Shown here in pieces: positions 12,943-23,765 of a DNA stretch of 64,000 nucleotides. The stretch covers positions 1-64,000 of the forward strand of contig JBFRWD010000102.1 in assembly GCA_051439425.1 (NCBI GenBank), written 5' to 3'. Position numbers and translations under genes: made by a program. The notes under the pieces were generated by a model. The model did no database searches, was not told the DNA's origin, and saw nothing but the letters and a program-made list of their open reading frames with translations. Numbering within the stretch: the first letter of the stretch is position 1; each line of letters starts with the position of its first letter. The stretch is from Synechococcus sp. (GTDB lineage: Bacteria; Cyanobacteriota; Cyanobacteriia; Thermostichales; PCC-7336).

Positions 12943-13536
12943 TTATTCAATGTCGGACAAGCAGTTGTAGGCAACATCCCAAGTCTCACAACTCGTCAAG
13001 GTGCGAATCACAGAGGGTAAGGGAGTGCTATGAATCCCAGGAAGGTCGGTTTCCCCAGCCACCTGTAAGGCAAATGCAAGTTGCTCCTGAGGAGGCGTAA
13101 ATTGTGCATCGACCGTGGCTGTATTGCCTCGCGCATCCATCCGGTACCAGCCGAGCTCTCCCAGGCATACTGCATTGAGACCGTGCAAACAGTACGGCGA
13201 TCCGACGCCATCAATGCTGAGCCTCTGGTAGCACAAGCCAGCAGCAATGCCATTGGCTCTTAGTAGTGCAGCTAATAGATGGCTTTTGGCATAGCAGTAT
13301 CCCGTTCTATATTTCAGGACTTCTGAGGCTTTACAGGTGACAGGATTTAGTTCGTAGTCAACACTATGGCGGATTTCGTCTCTCACCCACTCAAAGCATA
13401 CTTTGGCAATCTCGGTATCTCGTGTCAGTCCACGAGCCAACCGTTCCGCGAGCGCAGTAACGCCACGGTCCTGCCAATCAATGTAGATACTGTGTTCGAG
13501 ATATTGCGCAGAAACTGTTGCCATCACGACCCCCAT
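12943..13536 (-). CDS. Transglutaminase-like domain protein
   Basis: GYCYAKSHLLAALLRA, HGLN, W.R.D catalytic triad pattern. Confidence 0.85.
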   Translation of the reverse strand: MGVVMATVSAQYLEHSIYIDWQDRGVTALAERLARGLTRDTEIAKVCFEWVRDEIRHSVDYELNPVTCKASEVLKYRTGYCYAKSHLLAALLRANGIAAGLCYQRLSIDGVGSPYCLHGLNAVCLGELGWYRMDARGNTATVDAQFTPPQEQLAFALQVAGETDLPGIHSTPLPSVIRTLTSCETWDVAYNCLSDIE

Positions 13537-13953
13537 CCAAATTGATGACTAGCTGTTGAGTGACTGTGATAGTGGTATGGATGCGTTCGGCCATGCCCAC
13601 AGCTTTCCTGCTCAAAGCCTTAGCTGGCTATAGAGAGCGTAAGCATGACTGAGGCTGCCCTCTATTCAAAAGCTGTCCGTATTTTAGGAAGCCCCAACGC
13701 TATAGATATTCAAACAACCGAAGGATTGAAATGACGACCATCCTCTCCCACCTGCTATGAAATCTGGGATTCAGGCATTTTAGGCACCTTCGAACATTCA
13801 GTACGGCCATCCAAGAGTCAGTGCGGAAACAAACAGTATGTCGGAAGTTTGAATCCCGTAATGATATATTTGTAAAGAAAACATTAAAAATCAGTATCAA
13901 ACATCACTGCTGCTGAGTTTTGCGCCCACAACCCACTCGGGGAGGCAAGGGCT

Positions 13954-14145
13954 ATGGATATTCGCATCCATTTAGTCGTAACCACGGAAGATTATACGCT
14001 GGTTTGCTTTTCCGATCGGCGCGGGTGCCACTTTGAAGTTATCAATCGCTTAGGATTTATCCATCACGGCGATCGCGTCTTCCCCAACCCTACAGCCGCA
14101 GAATGGGGTGGACGGGAATGGATTCGGGCAAACAGCCGAAGTTAA
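13954..14145 (+). CDS. Small hypothetical protein (63 aa)
   Basis: ATG preceded by GGAGG; isolated in a long intergenic space; protein-like composition. Confidence 0.5.
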   Translation: MDIRIHLVVTTEDYTLVCFSDRRGCHFEVINRLGFIHHGDRVFPNPTAAEWGGREWIRANSRS

Positions 14146-14515
14146 TCCAGGTCTGGTGGCGAGCATTCAATATTTAATATGGTGCATGGCTCAAGCAGAT
14201 TCTAGAGATTAGCATCCTCACAGCCATCGCTGCATTCAGCGAACAGTACCAATTATCGATAGAGGTTCAAGGTCGCCACTCTTTGTGTATGCCAAATTCG
14301 ATAACACAATTTGAGGCACATACCAATCCTCCGCACAATCAGCCGATAGGTACGTTACCTTTACGACTTACCCCCTTGCCGTCACTACAGGCACCGCCAG
14401 ACAAGCGGCAAACACGCAATAGAAGACCGTTCAAAACCTTCTTCAACACATTCAGATTTAATGGCCTACAACTAGGAACACAAAAAAGGCATCCGTCAGC
14501 AGGCAAACAGCATAT

Positions 14516-15145
14516 CTAGGTGCCAGAGCCGAGCCTGCCCAGCACAAAGTCTTTCAGATACGACAAGAGATTAAAGCCAACTGTCAAAATTAAACTCGTA
14601 ACGAGCAATCCCAAAACCGACAGCCCAACTCCGATACTGGTAACAATTCCATCCTCATCGAGTAAGCCCACGCCAATGACAAAAATGGAGAAAGCCGGCA
14701 ATGTATTAGTGCCAGGGATAGGGATCATCATTGATATGGCCATCAGCGCGATCGCGCAAGCTAGCGCTCTATGTCCAACTTGACTGCGGCAGATCCAACT
14801 CCAGCGAGGGCGAGCAAAAACTTCAACCCTCTTCAGCACCCAGCTTCCTTTTTCCAGCACTGCCTTTGCAAAACTGGTGGGAACCGACCATTTTTGTACA
14901 CGATCCGGCAGCCAAGGTTGCCGACGGCCCAACACCATCTGCACAGCGAGGAATAGCAGTAGAACCCCAAATGGAACTGAATAGCCAGCTGCAGGCACAG
15001 GCACGCCTGATGGCAGCGCAAGCAATGCAAGAAAAAAGCCGAACCCCCGCTCACCAGCCATTTGCTGAAGTTCAAAAAGAGAGATGCGCTCCCCCCGTAC
15101 CGGATCTTGCAAAAAAGCGTCTAGGTCGGTGGACAGTTTGGCCAT
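14516..15145 (-). CDS. exoD: Exopolysaccharide synthesis ExoD family protein
   Basis: GERGFG, RRQPWLP, PIPGTNTLPA, DG motif; start placed at MAKLS. Confidence 0.88.
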   Translation of the reverse strand: MAKLSTDLDAFLQDPVRGERISLFELQQMAGERGFGFFLALLALPSGVPVPAAGYSVPFGVLLLFLAVQMVLGRRQPWLPDRVQKWSVPTSFAKAVLEKGSWVLKRVEVFARPRWSWICRSQVGHRALACAIALMAISMMIPIPGTNTLPAFSIFVIGVGLLDEDGIVTSIGVGLSVLGLLVTSLILTVGFNLLSYLKDFVLGRLGSGT

Positions 15146-15392
15146 AGGTGTCAACAGGCTATTTGCAGCCAGCAAAGCATTCGCACTAGATTACCAGTTC
15201 GTGCGTGCAGTCGAAATAACCCATATCGGCCACTCAGGCTCCAGACCCGTCTACAAGTGACTGCCATCAGCCTTCCAGCAATGTAGAGAATTGCGCAGAA
15301 ATTCGAGAATCGCTTTAGGCTAAGTAGGCGTAACGAGTTCGAACTTGTGCTGTCCCTAACTCGACGTTACTCCGATCTGCAACTGTCAAATC

Positions 15393-15764
15393 ATGACTTC
15401 TGAAACCCATACTGTTCGCATCTTCCACCGCCAAGAAAACAAGCACTATACGGTCGAGGTACCGAGAGATCGCTACATTCTTCAGTCCGCCGAAGCCGAT
15501 GGAGCAGAGCTACCGTTCTCCTGTAGAAATGGAGCCTGCACAGCCTGCGCCGTTCGCGTGCAGTCCGGAGAGATTTCTCAACCTGAAGCCATGGGGTTGT
15601 CTAGAGACCTCAAGCGGCAGGGATATGCATTGTTATGCGTTAGCTACGCCTGCAGTGACTTGGAAGTAGAAACTCAAGATGAAGACGAAGTCTACGAGCT
15701 GCAGTTTGGCCGCTACTTCGGCAAAGGCAAAATCAAGATGGGTTTGCCGCTAGACGAAGAGTAG
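15393..15764 (+). CDS. 2Fe-2S ferredoxin with C-terminal extension (Fed2/FdC2 type)
   Basis: CRNGACTAC..C and EDEVYELQFGRYF tail. Confidence 0.9.
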   Translation: MTSETHTVRIFHRQENKHYTVEVPRDRYILQSAEADGAELPFSCRNGACTACAVRVQSGEISQPEAMGLSRDLKRQGYALLCVSYACSDLEVETQDEDEVYELQFGRYFGKGKIKMGLPLDEE

Positions 15765-16026
15765 TCATGCCCCATAACAATTCCGAGCAAGCGATGACTA
15801 GTTACGTGCAAGCAATGATTAAGACGACGGTGAATCCACCACAACGGTAGCGTTCGTGGCTGGAGACCAATCCAAACTGAAAAACACTGCCCTTAGAGCC
15901 GAGCATCCGGATTCTTTCACCCAGCCAATGTCTCAGCCATCCCACAAAAACAAAGCAGGTCCCACGATAAGACCTGCTGACATTGATGAGGCATAACTTA
16001 CAGTCACAAAAGAAGGGACCGAGTGC

Positions 16027-16134
16027 TTAGCCTTTGCCCTGACTGGCAGTTTGAACGTAAAGCAGTACCAGAAAAATAGAGGGTACGAACACGACCAAAA
16101 TGAACGCCAACAGACCCAGATAATTGGTTTCCAT
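16027..16134 (-). CDS. psbM: Photosystem II reaction center protein M (not in ORF track)
   Basis: Manual translation [35 protein letters not shown]. Confidence 0.92.
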   Translation of the reverse strand: METNYLGLLAFILVVFVPSIFLVLLYVQTASQGKG

Positions 16135-16403
16135 AAATCCGATTTTGAACCAGCAACGAATTGCTTATAGGCTAACACCCCCCGCTGCGGGTTGATTCAC
16201 CCCTCTCTAGAAAATTAAGAAACATAACAAGTGACTGCGTTTTGCGTCGCCACTTTTCGGACTGTGCGATCGTGCTACGGCGATCCTGGAGTTCCCCTTA
16301 AGGACTCCCGCGTCAACTCTGAGATGGCAGCAACGTATATGAGAACGGCCAGGCGAGAAATTATTTTCTTGACAGAAGTTTCGTACAAGGTAAGGAGAAA
16401 CCT

Positions 16404-17435
16404 ATGGCTACTCGGGTGGCGATTAATGGATTTGGTCGGATTGGGCGCATGTTCCTGCGCAGCGTCATTCAGAATCCAGGTGATTTAGAAGTTGTAGCAA
16501 TTAACGATCTAGCCGACCGGGAAAACCTGGCATATCTCCTATCCTATGACTCTGCTCAAGGACCGTTGAATGCAAACGTTTCCTTAACAGATGAGGGATT
16601 GATCGTTAACAGCACCCCCATTCGTGTCGTGAGTGAGCGAGATCCCGCTCAATTGCCTTGGGCGGAGATGAATGTCGACATAGTTGTGGAAGCAACTGGC
16701 CTGTTTACCAAGCGTGCCGACGCGGCTAAACATCTGGCGGCAGGAGCGAAAAAAGTCATTATCTCAGCTCCGGCCAAAGATCCCGACCTCACTATCGTCA
16801 TGGGAGTGAATGACGATCTGTATCGTCCCGGCGAGCACAATATTGTCTCCAATGCCTCCTGCACCACAAACTGTCTCGCTCCTGTGGCCAAGGTGGTACT
16901 AGACAACTTCGGGATCGAGACCGGCTTTTTAACGACCTGCCACGCATTCACGTCAACGCAAGGGCTGATCGATCGCCCCGATAAAAAAGATGTTCGTCGC
17001 GGTCGAGCCGCATCAATGTCGATCGTGCCGTCTTCGACAGGCGCAGCAACTGCTGTAGCCAAAGTGTTGCCAGAATTGGCAGGCAAGCTGGATGGCATGG
17101 CCTTGCGAGTACCCACTGTAACTGGCTCGGTGGTTGATTTTGTTGTCCGCACAGAGAAACCGATCTCAGCCGACCTGCTCCAATCCGCATTTCGCGGAGC
17201 CGCTAGTGGGTCGATGTTGGGAGTCTTAGGTATTGCTCCAGCACCGCTAGTATCGTGCGACATTATCGGTAGTCCGCTGTCCTCCATCATCGACACCAAA
17301 TCCACAATGGTGTTGGGAGATTACACAGCCAAAATTCTGGCCTGGTACGACAACGAATATGGCTACGCTTCGCGGGTCAAAGATCTCGCCCAGATGATGG
17401 GAGCGAAGCTAGGGGTTGCGGTAAGAAGTGCATAA
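16404..17435 (+). CDS. gap: Type I glyceraldehyde-3-phosphate dehydrogenase
   Basis: INGFGRIGR, ASCTTNCL, WYDNEYGY; AAGGAG RBS. Confidence 0.96.
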   Translation: MATRVAINGFGRIGRMFLRSVIQNPGDLEVVAINDLADRENLAYLLSYDSAQGPLNANVSLTDEGLIVNSTPIRVVSERDPAQLPWAEMNVDIVVEATGLFTKRADAAKHLAAGAKKVIISAPAKDPDLTIVMGVNDDLYRPGEHNIVSNASCTTNCLAPVAKVVLDNFGIETGFLTTCHAFTSTQGLIDRPDKKDVRRGRAASMSIVPSSTGAATAVAKVLPELAGKLDGMALRVPTVTGSVVDFVVRTEKPISADLLQSAFRGAASGSMLGVLGIAPAPLVSCDIIGSPLSSIIDTKSTMVLGDYTAKILAWYDNEYGYASRVKDLAQMMGAKLGVAVRSA

Positions 17436-17455
17436 CTAAGCCCATCAACACTTTC

Positions 17456-17483
17456 AAGGGCGGGAAAGTACCCGTCCTTTTTT
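17456..17483 (+). terminator. Intrinsic terminator after gap
   Basis: AAGGGCGGG-aaagta-CCCGTCCTT followed by a T run. Confidence 0.75.
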
Positions 17484-17549
17484 ACTGTGTAGGCAACGAC
17501 AAGAACTCTGAGATATCCAAGTTGTTATTACAATGATTGAGATGAGCAA

Positions 17550-18050
17550 TTGCTATTTCCCGGGGTGAGGCACGTTATGTATGGAAAACAATCACCTGCT
17601 GAAGAGCGCTTTCTATCGAGCTTGCCTTATATCCTGCCCATGGTGCAAGCCTTGCCCCTAGGAGGATATTTATACTTCCAGTTTCCATTTCTTGCCCAAT
17701 TGGTCAGGCCGTTATTCCCCTTATTTCCTATCTTGGAAGGAAACTTTGCCATCAGCTTGCTGATCTTTTTCGGCCTACTGTTCGGAGTTGTCCGGAATCG
17801 GTCGTTCAGTCGATTTATCCGGTTTAATACGATGCAAGCATTGCTAATGGGGATCGGTCTTTCTCTACTCCAGATTATATTGGCAGCCTTAGGCTCCTTA
17901 TTGGGTGGGGTAACCGTTCAAGCAATGGCATCGGGTTTATTTCTATTGACTTTTGGAATCGCGATCTATGCGTTTATCCAAATATGGCAAGGTAAATATA
18001 CTGATATTCCTGTCCTATCGGAAGCAGCAAACAGTCAGGTGATCTATTAG
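17550..18050 (+). CDS. Tic20/Ycf60 family membrane protein
   Basis: LPYILP, VVRN..FIRFNTMQA, GKY.DIP.LSEAA; true start may be ATG 17577. Confidence 0.88.
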   Translation: MLFPGVRHVMYGKQSPAEERFLSSLPYILPMVQALPLGGYLYFQFPFLAQLVRPLFPLFPILEGNFAISLLIFFGLLFGVVRNRSFSRFIRFNTMQALLMGIGLSLLQIILAALGSLLGGVTVQAMASGLFLLTFGIAIYAFIQIWQGKYTDIPVLSEAANSQVIY

Positions 18051-18275
18051 CTCCTTTCAATAGAAACGGCCAGCTTGCCCTCGTTTGCTTGACACTTAGC
18101 CGTAGAAATATCACGAGTTCGAATTGATGCCGAAACACGGAGCATACCTGTGCTGAAGTTCTGCAACTTGCATTGGTTAGTCCTGCTTTCATAGATATAC
18201 GTCTTAGCGCAAGCATCCATAACTATCGTGGCCAAGAAATAGCTAGTTTTGCAAGCTAGGCTATCGTGAGAAGCG

Positions 18276-18302
18276 GGAACTTAGTGTTCCTGTGGTGCGT
18301 CT
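18276..18302 (+). promoter_or_regulatory. Putative ECF-type autoregulatory promoter
   Basis: GGAAC-N18-GTCT upstream of the ECF sigma gene. Confidence 0.6.
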
Positions 18303-18380
18303 TGTGGCCTGAGGTGTGAATCGCTCTGCAGCAGCCAGCGGTCGAGCCCTAGAAGCCCACGTACCGGAGTTGTTCTCGGC

Positions 18381-19037
18381 ATGAGCGAAGTCTCCTCCTT
18401 GACTTGGTCACAATCCATATCAAATGCTGGGCCGCCCCTGCAGCCCAACACGCTCACAACACTGGAATTAATTTCAGTCTGTCAATCGTCGCTGCGCCCC
18501 AATAAGGCAGCCTTTGCAGAACTCATCCGTCGCCACCAATCCGATGTCGATCGCACACTGTACCACTTAGCCCCAGACTGGAACGACCGACACGATCTAG
18601 CCCAGGAAGTCTGGTTGCGAGTTTTCCGACATTTACGCCGCCTAAAAGAACCTGCAAAATTCAAGGGATGGCTCAGTCGTATTGCCACCAATCTGTTTTA
18701 CGACGAGCTCCGCAAGCGCAAGAGAAACCGACGTCCACTGTCTCTAGATGCGCAAATCCCAGTCAGCGATGGAGAAATCGATTGGGAGTTGCCTAGCGAT
18801 GCCATCAGTCCAGATGAAGCGCTTAGCACCCAAGAATTTTACGAACATTTGCACAGCGCGGTGCAAAATCTGCCTGAGTCGTTTCGCCAAACAATAGTAT
18901 TGCGAGAAATTCAAGGGCTCTCATACGAAGAAATCGCCGAGATTACCCACGTTTCTTTAGGCACGGTCAAATCTCGCATTGCTAGAGCTCGGGCACGATT
19001 GCAAAATATGTTAAAGCCTTATCTAGACAGCCATTGA
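18381..19037 (+). CDS. sigG: ECF sigma factor SigG
   Basis: LYHLAPDW, WLSRIATNLFYDELRKRKR, GTVKSRIARAR. Confidence 0.9.
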   Translation: MSEVSSLTWSQSISNAGPPLQPNTLTTLELISVCQSSLRPNKAAFAELIRRHQSDVDRTLYHLAPDWNDRHDLAQEVWLRVFRHLRRLKEPAKFKGWLSRIATNLFYDELRKRKRNRRPLSLDAQIPVSDGEIDWELPSDAISPDEALSTQEFYEHLHSAVQNLPESFRQTIVLREIQGLSYEEIAEITHVSLGTVKSRIARARARLQNMLKPYLDSH

Positions 19038-19053
19038 GGAGGGTCATTCAAAG

Positions 19054-19584
19054 ATGCGACAACGACCCACAAACCACCTATCCGACCAAGAATGGGAACG
19101 ACTCAGTGCCTACATTGATGGAGAAGTGACGACAGTAGAGAGAGCGCAAATCGAATACAAGCTAACGAACGATGCCAGTTATCAACACGCTTACTCCTGC
19201 CTGCTTCACCTCCAAGACGGCTTCGCAAGACTACCCTTGCCTTCCCCTCAAGATCGATCGTGCATGTCGGCTGATGAAATGGCAGAAACCGTTCTCCAAC
19301 GGCTAGAAAAAGCGCCACTGTCGGGGGCTATCTCTCCCACTGGAGCTAGACGTTGGGCTCGTCTAGCGGCAGGCGTTATTGTACTGGTTTCAGCCGGAAG
19401 CTTAGTTTGGCGCATCGGGCAGCCATCGCGGCCAAAATTATTGATTTCGTTGGACGAACCTCCATTCGATATCCCAACGGAGATTGTCACTCCCGAACTC
19501 ACGTCTACTCACAAAGCTGAATCCTATTTACTATCTCCAGGAACTATGGACGATGCTTATTCCATCCTGCTAACAGATATCTAG
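19054..19584 (+). CDS. Putative anti-sigma factor
   Basis: LSAYIDGE motif, single TM segment, directly after sigG. Confidence 0.8.
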   Translation: MRQRPTNHLSDQEWERLSAYIDGEVTTVERAQIEYKLTNDASYQHAYSCLLHLQDGFARLPLPSPQDRSCMSADEMAETVLQRLEKAPLSGAISPTGARRWARLAAGVIVLVSAGSLVWRIGQPSRPKLLISLDEPPFDIPTEIVTPELTSTHKAESYLLSPGTMDDAYSILLTDI

Positions 19585-19619
19585 GTATCTAGCGCAATGC
19601 TCTCGATTGTTCCCCGTTC

Positions 19620-20246
19620 ATGATGTCCGTCCTCCCAATTTTCTGCGCAACAGTTTCGAAAGTGCTTGTGCGAATGCAGTCCTTTGCCCATCGCTCTGCG
19701 TTGCTAGGCGTTGTTAGCGCTTTCACCTGCACGATCGCGCCTAGTTCGATATACGTAGAAACTGCTGCTGCTCAAGAGATCGTAAGTCAGCCAACGGCGC
19801 AATCTGACGAAGTATCCCTCCCAATCGATCGCATTCTCGACACAGCTGAGCCAATCAGTGAAGACTCGGACACCTTCAAACCGACGCTGTCGGAACTAGA
19901 CTTCAATCGCCTTCCGCACCCTTACGAATCCGTTCCACCACGCTTAGAAGTCGATTTATCTCAACTCGTCCTTCTCCCCAGCCCCAACACTGTGACATGG
20001 CTGGACAAGCAATTTGAAACTGAGGTAGCTTCCATCAATTCGCGAATTGCATTTCGCCAAGAACTATTGCAGCAGCTACTTCAAGATCCTGACAGCAGCG
20101 ACGATCGCATTCGCCAGGTGCAATCCATCTTGAGCCAACTGCGCGCAGAACGAGATCGAATCGCGATCGAGCATCTGCTCCTAGTCAGGCAAGTCAGTGA
20201 AAATGGTAGTCTACCGACCCAAGCCACCAGCTCTGGCCTGGAATGA
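19620..20246 (+). CDS. Exported protein with Spy/CpxP-like helical C-terminus
   Basis: Signal-like N-terminus; RQELLQQLL..DDRIRQVQSILSQLR..EHLLLVRQV; third gene of the sigG unit; start uncertain. Confidence 0.55.
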   Translation: MMSVLPIFCATVSKVLVRMQSFAHRSALLGVVSAFTCTIAPSSIYVETAAAQEIVSQPTAQSDEVSLPIDRILDTAEPISEDSDTFKPTLSELDFNRLPHPYESVPPRLEVDLSQLVLLPSPNTVTWLDKQFETEVASINSRIAFRQELLQQLLQDPDSSDDRIRQVQSILSQLRAERDRIAIEHLLLVRQVSENGSLPTQATSSGLE

Positions 20247-20331
20247 GAGCAAGCATCGCAATACCGTTGACTTCGAAAGCCCGCTCATAGAAACAGTGAC
20301 TTCTCAGAAAAGGCATCAATAGCTATCTAGC

Positions 20332-20419
20332 AATCCGCTGCAAGGTCTGGAGGGCGAGGATAACTCAAAATCTCAGGCCATTACAAGAAAAAGGGCTAGA
20401 GGAGCCTCCATAACTGATT
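20332..20419 (+). repeat. Dispersed intergenic repeat family A, copy 2
   Basis: AATCCGCTGCAAGGTCTGGAGGGCGAGGATAACTCAA..GCTAGAG..CTCCATAACTGATT; 33/37 to the 34656 copy at the 5' end. Confidence 0.8.
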
Positions 20420-20427
20420 TCGGAAAG

Positions 20428-21270
20428 CTATAGGAACCGTGTTAACTCAACTCGATAGCGACCTTTTTTCGTCGTACTGATAGAACCCACTTGAACTCGT
20501 CCACGACCTCGAATCGCAATGAGATCGCCAGAATTCACCGGACGGCTAGCTTGAGTAATTGTTTTCCAGTTAACTTTGACTTCTCCAGAACTGATATCCC
20601 CAGCCATTCGACTGCGAGACGAGCTAAATCCAGCAGAAGCGATCGCATCCAGGCGCATAGAAGCTTCTACAGTCGTCAAGGTCTTCGTTCTGGGAGGACG
20701 TACCCGAAGTTCCGATAGATCGATGGATTTGGCCTTAACGGGGACAGATCTGACTTGAGTCAAATTCATCTCAAGATGAGGAACAAGCTGTGGTTCTACT
20801 AAAAACTGTGCCCCTTGCTCCCCCAACAGCAGGATGTCACCCACTTTCTCTCTCACAATGCCAGTGCCCAATATGGCCCCGAGAAAATCTCGATGGGTAG
20901 CCGTATCGAACAAGAAGTTGCCTCGAATATCCATAGCAGCCAGATCGACCGCCGACTTAGCCAAAGCATGAGGATCGCTAGGGTCTGGGTCGATCAGAAG
21001 GCTGGGACGAGCAATTGCCAAGCGTTGCCGTTCTGCCTGAGGGAAGCCCCCCCACGGCACAAGCTCAACTTCAGTCAGCGGCTGCAACAGTAGGAGTGCC
21101 TCAGCCACCTCTGGGGGAGAAAGGAAATCAGAACAAACGATTTCCCAGCTCTTCAATGCTTGCTCGGCTAAATCAATAACACGAGCAATGGCTGCACGGT
21201 TTTCAACCTTAGCTAGCAATTCAGCTCGCGGTAGCAACCCACTACTAGTGTCGAATGTTTTCACAGTCAT
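20428..21270 (-). CDS. Photosystem II S4-domain protein (YlmH/Sll1252 family)
   Basis: DFLSPPE, HRDFLGAILG, SMRLDAIASAGF, S4 domain. Confidence 0.9.
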   Translation of the reverse strand: MTVKTFDTSSGLLPRAELLAKVENRAAIARVIDLAEQALKSWEIVCSDFLSPPEVAEALLLLQPLTEVELVPWGGFPQAERQRLAIARPSLLIDPDPSDPHALAKSAVDLAAMDIRGNFLFDTATHRDFLGAILGTGIVREKVGDILLLGEQGAQFLVEPQLVPHLEMNLTQVRSVPVKAKSIDLSELRVRPPRTKTLTTVEASMRLDAIASAGFSSSRSRMAGDISSGEVKVNWKTITQASRPVNSGDLIAIRGRGRVQVGSISTTKKGRYRVELTRFL

Positions 21271-21551
21271 GCGGCTCAGAAACTCGTACTGGATGCCGAG
21301 GTGTTACCTAACGGATTTCAGTAGCAACTCATCTTGTTTGGCGATGTGCTCCCCATTGTAAAGACAAGGCAGCGTAACGCCACTGAGCAATTGAGTACCC
21401 TTACTTATTCGACTCGGATTCCCTACCCGGCATCCAGCGTCCTAACTGTCGAGGAATCCAGTCCGAATGGCTATTCATCAACACAACGTTTGCCGCACAA
21501 TGTTCAACCCGTGCCTTCACATGTGGAGCGTATGCACAAGTTCGCGTCTCG

Positions 21552-22895
21552 CTAACCTGCCGTTTGGATACGCCGGTTGAGTACTTCTAAGGCTTGGATG
21601 AATTGAGGATCGCTATCTTCTCCGAGCTCAGATCGCTTCAAAACGCGATCGCCAGTCAGCCCAACAACGTAATCCGGCTCAATCCCCAACTTGTTGATGT
21701 CGCGCCCGCTTGGAGTCGCATATTTCGCAATTGTGACCGCGAGTCCAGCACCATCAGGCATATCTACCAATGACTGGATTAACCCTTTGCCAAAAGTGCG
21801 TGTCCCCACTAAGACGGCACGATCGCTATCTTGCAATGCCCCAGCGAGCACTTCCGAGGCACTGGCGGTTCCCTTATTTACCAACACAACTAACGGTTTA
21901 TCGGTCAAGGTTGTCGAAGTTGCATCAGCACTGTCACTAATCCCGTTGCGGTCGATGGTAAACACAATTGGGCCACGATCGATCCACATTTGGGCGACTT
22001 CAATCCCTGCCTTTAATAAACCGCCGGGGTTTCCTCTCAGGTCAAGGATATAGCCTGCAACAGACTTGGCTTCAGCAGCCTGAATCGCCGCACGCATCTC
22101 ACTGACAGCATTGCCATTAAATTGATTGAGCCGGATATAAGCAACGGAACGATCACCCGCTGCACGCGTCCGAATCTTAGTACGAATGGGATTGATTTCA
22201 ATCGACTCTCGCTTCAGCTGAACCTCAAAATCGTGCTCGTCTCGCCGCAAGCTCAGATATACAGTTGTGTCAGTCATCCCTCTCAGGTGATTGGCAACCT
22301 CATCTAACGTCCAATCGTCAATCTCGACACCGTCGATTGCCAACAACACATCATCTGGTTGCAAACCAGCGCGATCGGCGGGAGTCCCTTCCAGTGGAGA
22401 AATCACGCGAATGTGACCATCCTCGTCAAGTGCAATCTGCAAACCGACGCCATTCAGCTCTCCAGCAGTAGATGTTTGTAAACTGCGATAGTTGGCTGGA
22501 GGCAAAAAACGGGTGAATGGATCGTCAAGTGTGGAGAGCATCGTACCGATTTCTGCGTAGGCCTCTTCAGGGGAAGCCATCGGGTGACGGATAAACTCCT
22601 GCCGCACTTTCCACCAGTCTTGGCCATTAAACGTGGGATCGACATAGGAGCGATCGATCGTTGTCCATACTTGTGCCAGCAGTTTCTGCTCAGCCCCCCA
22701 TCCCGCGCGCGGCTGACACGCGGCCAAGCTCCAGCAAGCCACTAGTACGAGTAAGCCAGTTGCATAACGCTTGAAGGCGATCGCATTGCCACTGCGAGCC
22801 TGGAAAACCCTGCCAAAGCAAGAGAGCAACGATTGACTCACCCCGCCCTTCTGTAGCTGGCGCATCATATATGTAAATAAGAGCTTCATAAACAA
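21552..22895 (-). CDS. ctpA: C-terminal processing protease (S41)
   Basis: PDZ GVGLQI, DLRGNPGG, TASASE, TFGKG; divergent from petBD; true start probably downstream. Confidence 0.88.
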   Translation of the reverse strand: MFMKLLFTYMMRQLQKGGVSQSLLSCFGRVFQARSGNAIAFKRYATGLLVLVACWSLAACQPRAGWGAEQKLLAQVWTTIDRSYVDPTFNGQDWWKVRQEFIRHPMASPEEAYAEIGTMLSTLDDPFTRFLPPANYRSLQTSTAGELNGVGLQIALDEDGHIRVISPLEGTPADRAGLQPDDVLLAIDGVEIDDWTLDEVANHLRGMTDTTVYLSLRRDEHDFEVQLKRESIEINPIRTKIRTRAAGDRSVAYIRLNQFNGNAVSEMRAAIQAAEAKSVAGYILDLRGNPGGLLKAGIEVAQMWIDRGPIVFTIDRNGISDSADATSTTLTDKPLVVLVNKGTASASEVLAGALQDSDRAVLVGTRTFGKGLIQSLVDMPDGAGLAVTIAKYATPSGRDINKLGIEPDYVVGLTGDRVLKRSELGEDSDPQFIQALEVLNRRIQTAG

Positions 22896-23033
22896 CTGCG
22901 AAGCAGCAACAACCGATCCACGACATTATTATCCGTGCTGGCAGGGAATTGCCACCAATGGTTTCTACAAACAAGTCTCTAAATGCTTATCAATCGGGAC
23001 CTTCAGGCCAATCTAAGCTCGCGACCTGGCCAC

Positions 23034-23051
23034 TTTACATAAGGCTACATT
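23034..23051 (+). promoter_or_regulatory. HLR1-like (RpaB) direct repeat between ctpA and petB
   Basis: TTTACATA-AG-GCTACATT vs (G/T)TTACAWW-N2-(G/T)TTACAWW. Confidence 0.5.
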
Positions 23052-23117
23052 TTTGGCTGTCTGTGATACGCTGATTTCATGCCTGGAGAGGATTTGCACT
23101 TATAAGGTTTAAGTTTT

Positions 23118-23765
23118 ATGGCGAAGGTTTATGACTGGTTGGACGAGCGGCTAGAGCTGACCCCCTTTGTGGATGACGCTACTGGTAAGTTTATTCCCCC
23201 GCACGTCAACATTTTTTATTGCTTAGGTGGCGTCACGCTGGTTTGCTTCATTATTCAGTTTGCAACCGGTTTCGCGATGACCTTCTATTACAAGCCCACA
23301 GTGGCAGAAGCATTTAACTCGGTTAACTTCATCATGACCCAGGTCAACTTTGGTTGGCTGATTCGCTCTATCCATCGCTGGAGTGCGTCAATGATGGTGT
23401 TGGTCATGATCTTGCACGTCTTTCGTGTGTACCTAACTGGTGGCTTTAAAAAGCCTCGCGAGTTGACCTGGGTAACCGGTGTTTTACTTGCGGTTATCAC
23501 CGTTTCCTTCGGAGTTACCGGCTACTCTCTCCCCTGGGACCAGGTTGGTTACTGGGCTGTGAAGATTGTGTCCGGTGTTCCTAGTGCGATTCCTGTTGTC
23601 GGTGGCACACTTGTTGAGCTGATCCGCGGTAGCGAGAGTGTTGGACAAGCAACCCTGACCCGCTTCTACAGCTTGCACACGTTTGTTTTGCCTTGGTTAA
23701 TTGCAGTCTTCATGCTGATGCACTTCCTTATGATCCGTAAACAAGGTATTTCTGGCCCCTTGTAA
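23118..23765 (+). CDS. petB: Cytochrome b6
   Basis: [25 protein letters not shown]; 215 aa. Confidence 0.99.
   Translation: MAKVYDWLDERLELTPFVDDATGKFIPPHVNIFYCLGGVTLVCFIIQFATGFAMTFYYKPTVAEAFNSVNFIMTQVNFGWLIRSIHRWSASMMVLVMILHVFRVYLTGGFKKPRELTWVTGVLLAVITVSFGVTGYSLPWDQVGYWAVKIVSGVPSAIPVVGGTLVELIRGSESVGQATLTRFYSLHTFVLPWLIAVFMLMHFLMIRKQGISGPL

Noticed and set aside
15933..16178. 81-aa minus-strand ORF from the track
   Set aside because: Wrong frame; the real gene is psbM at 16027-16134
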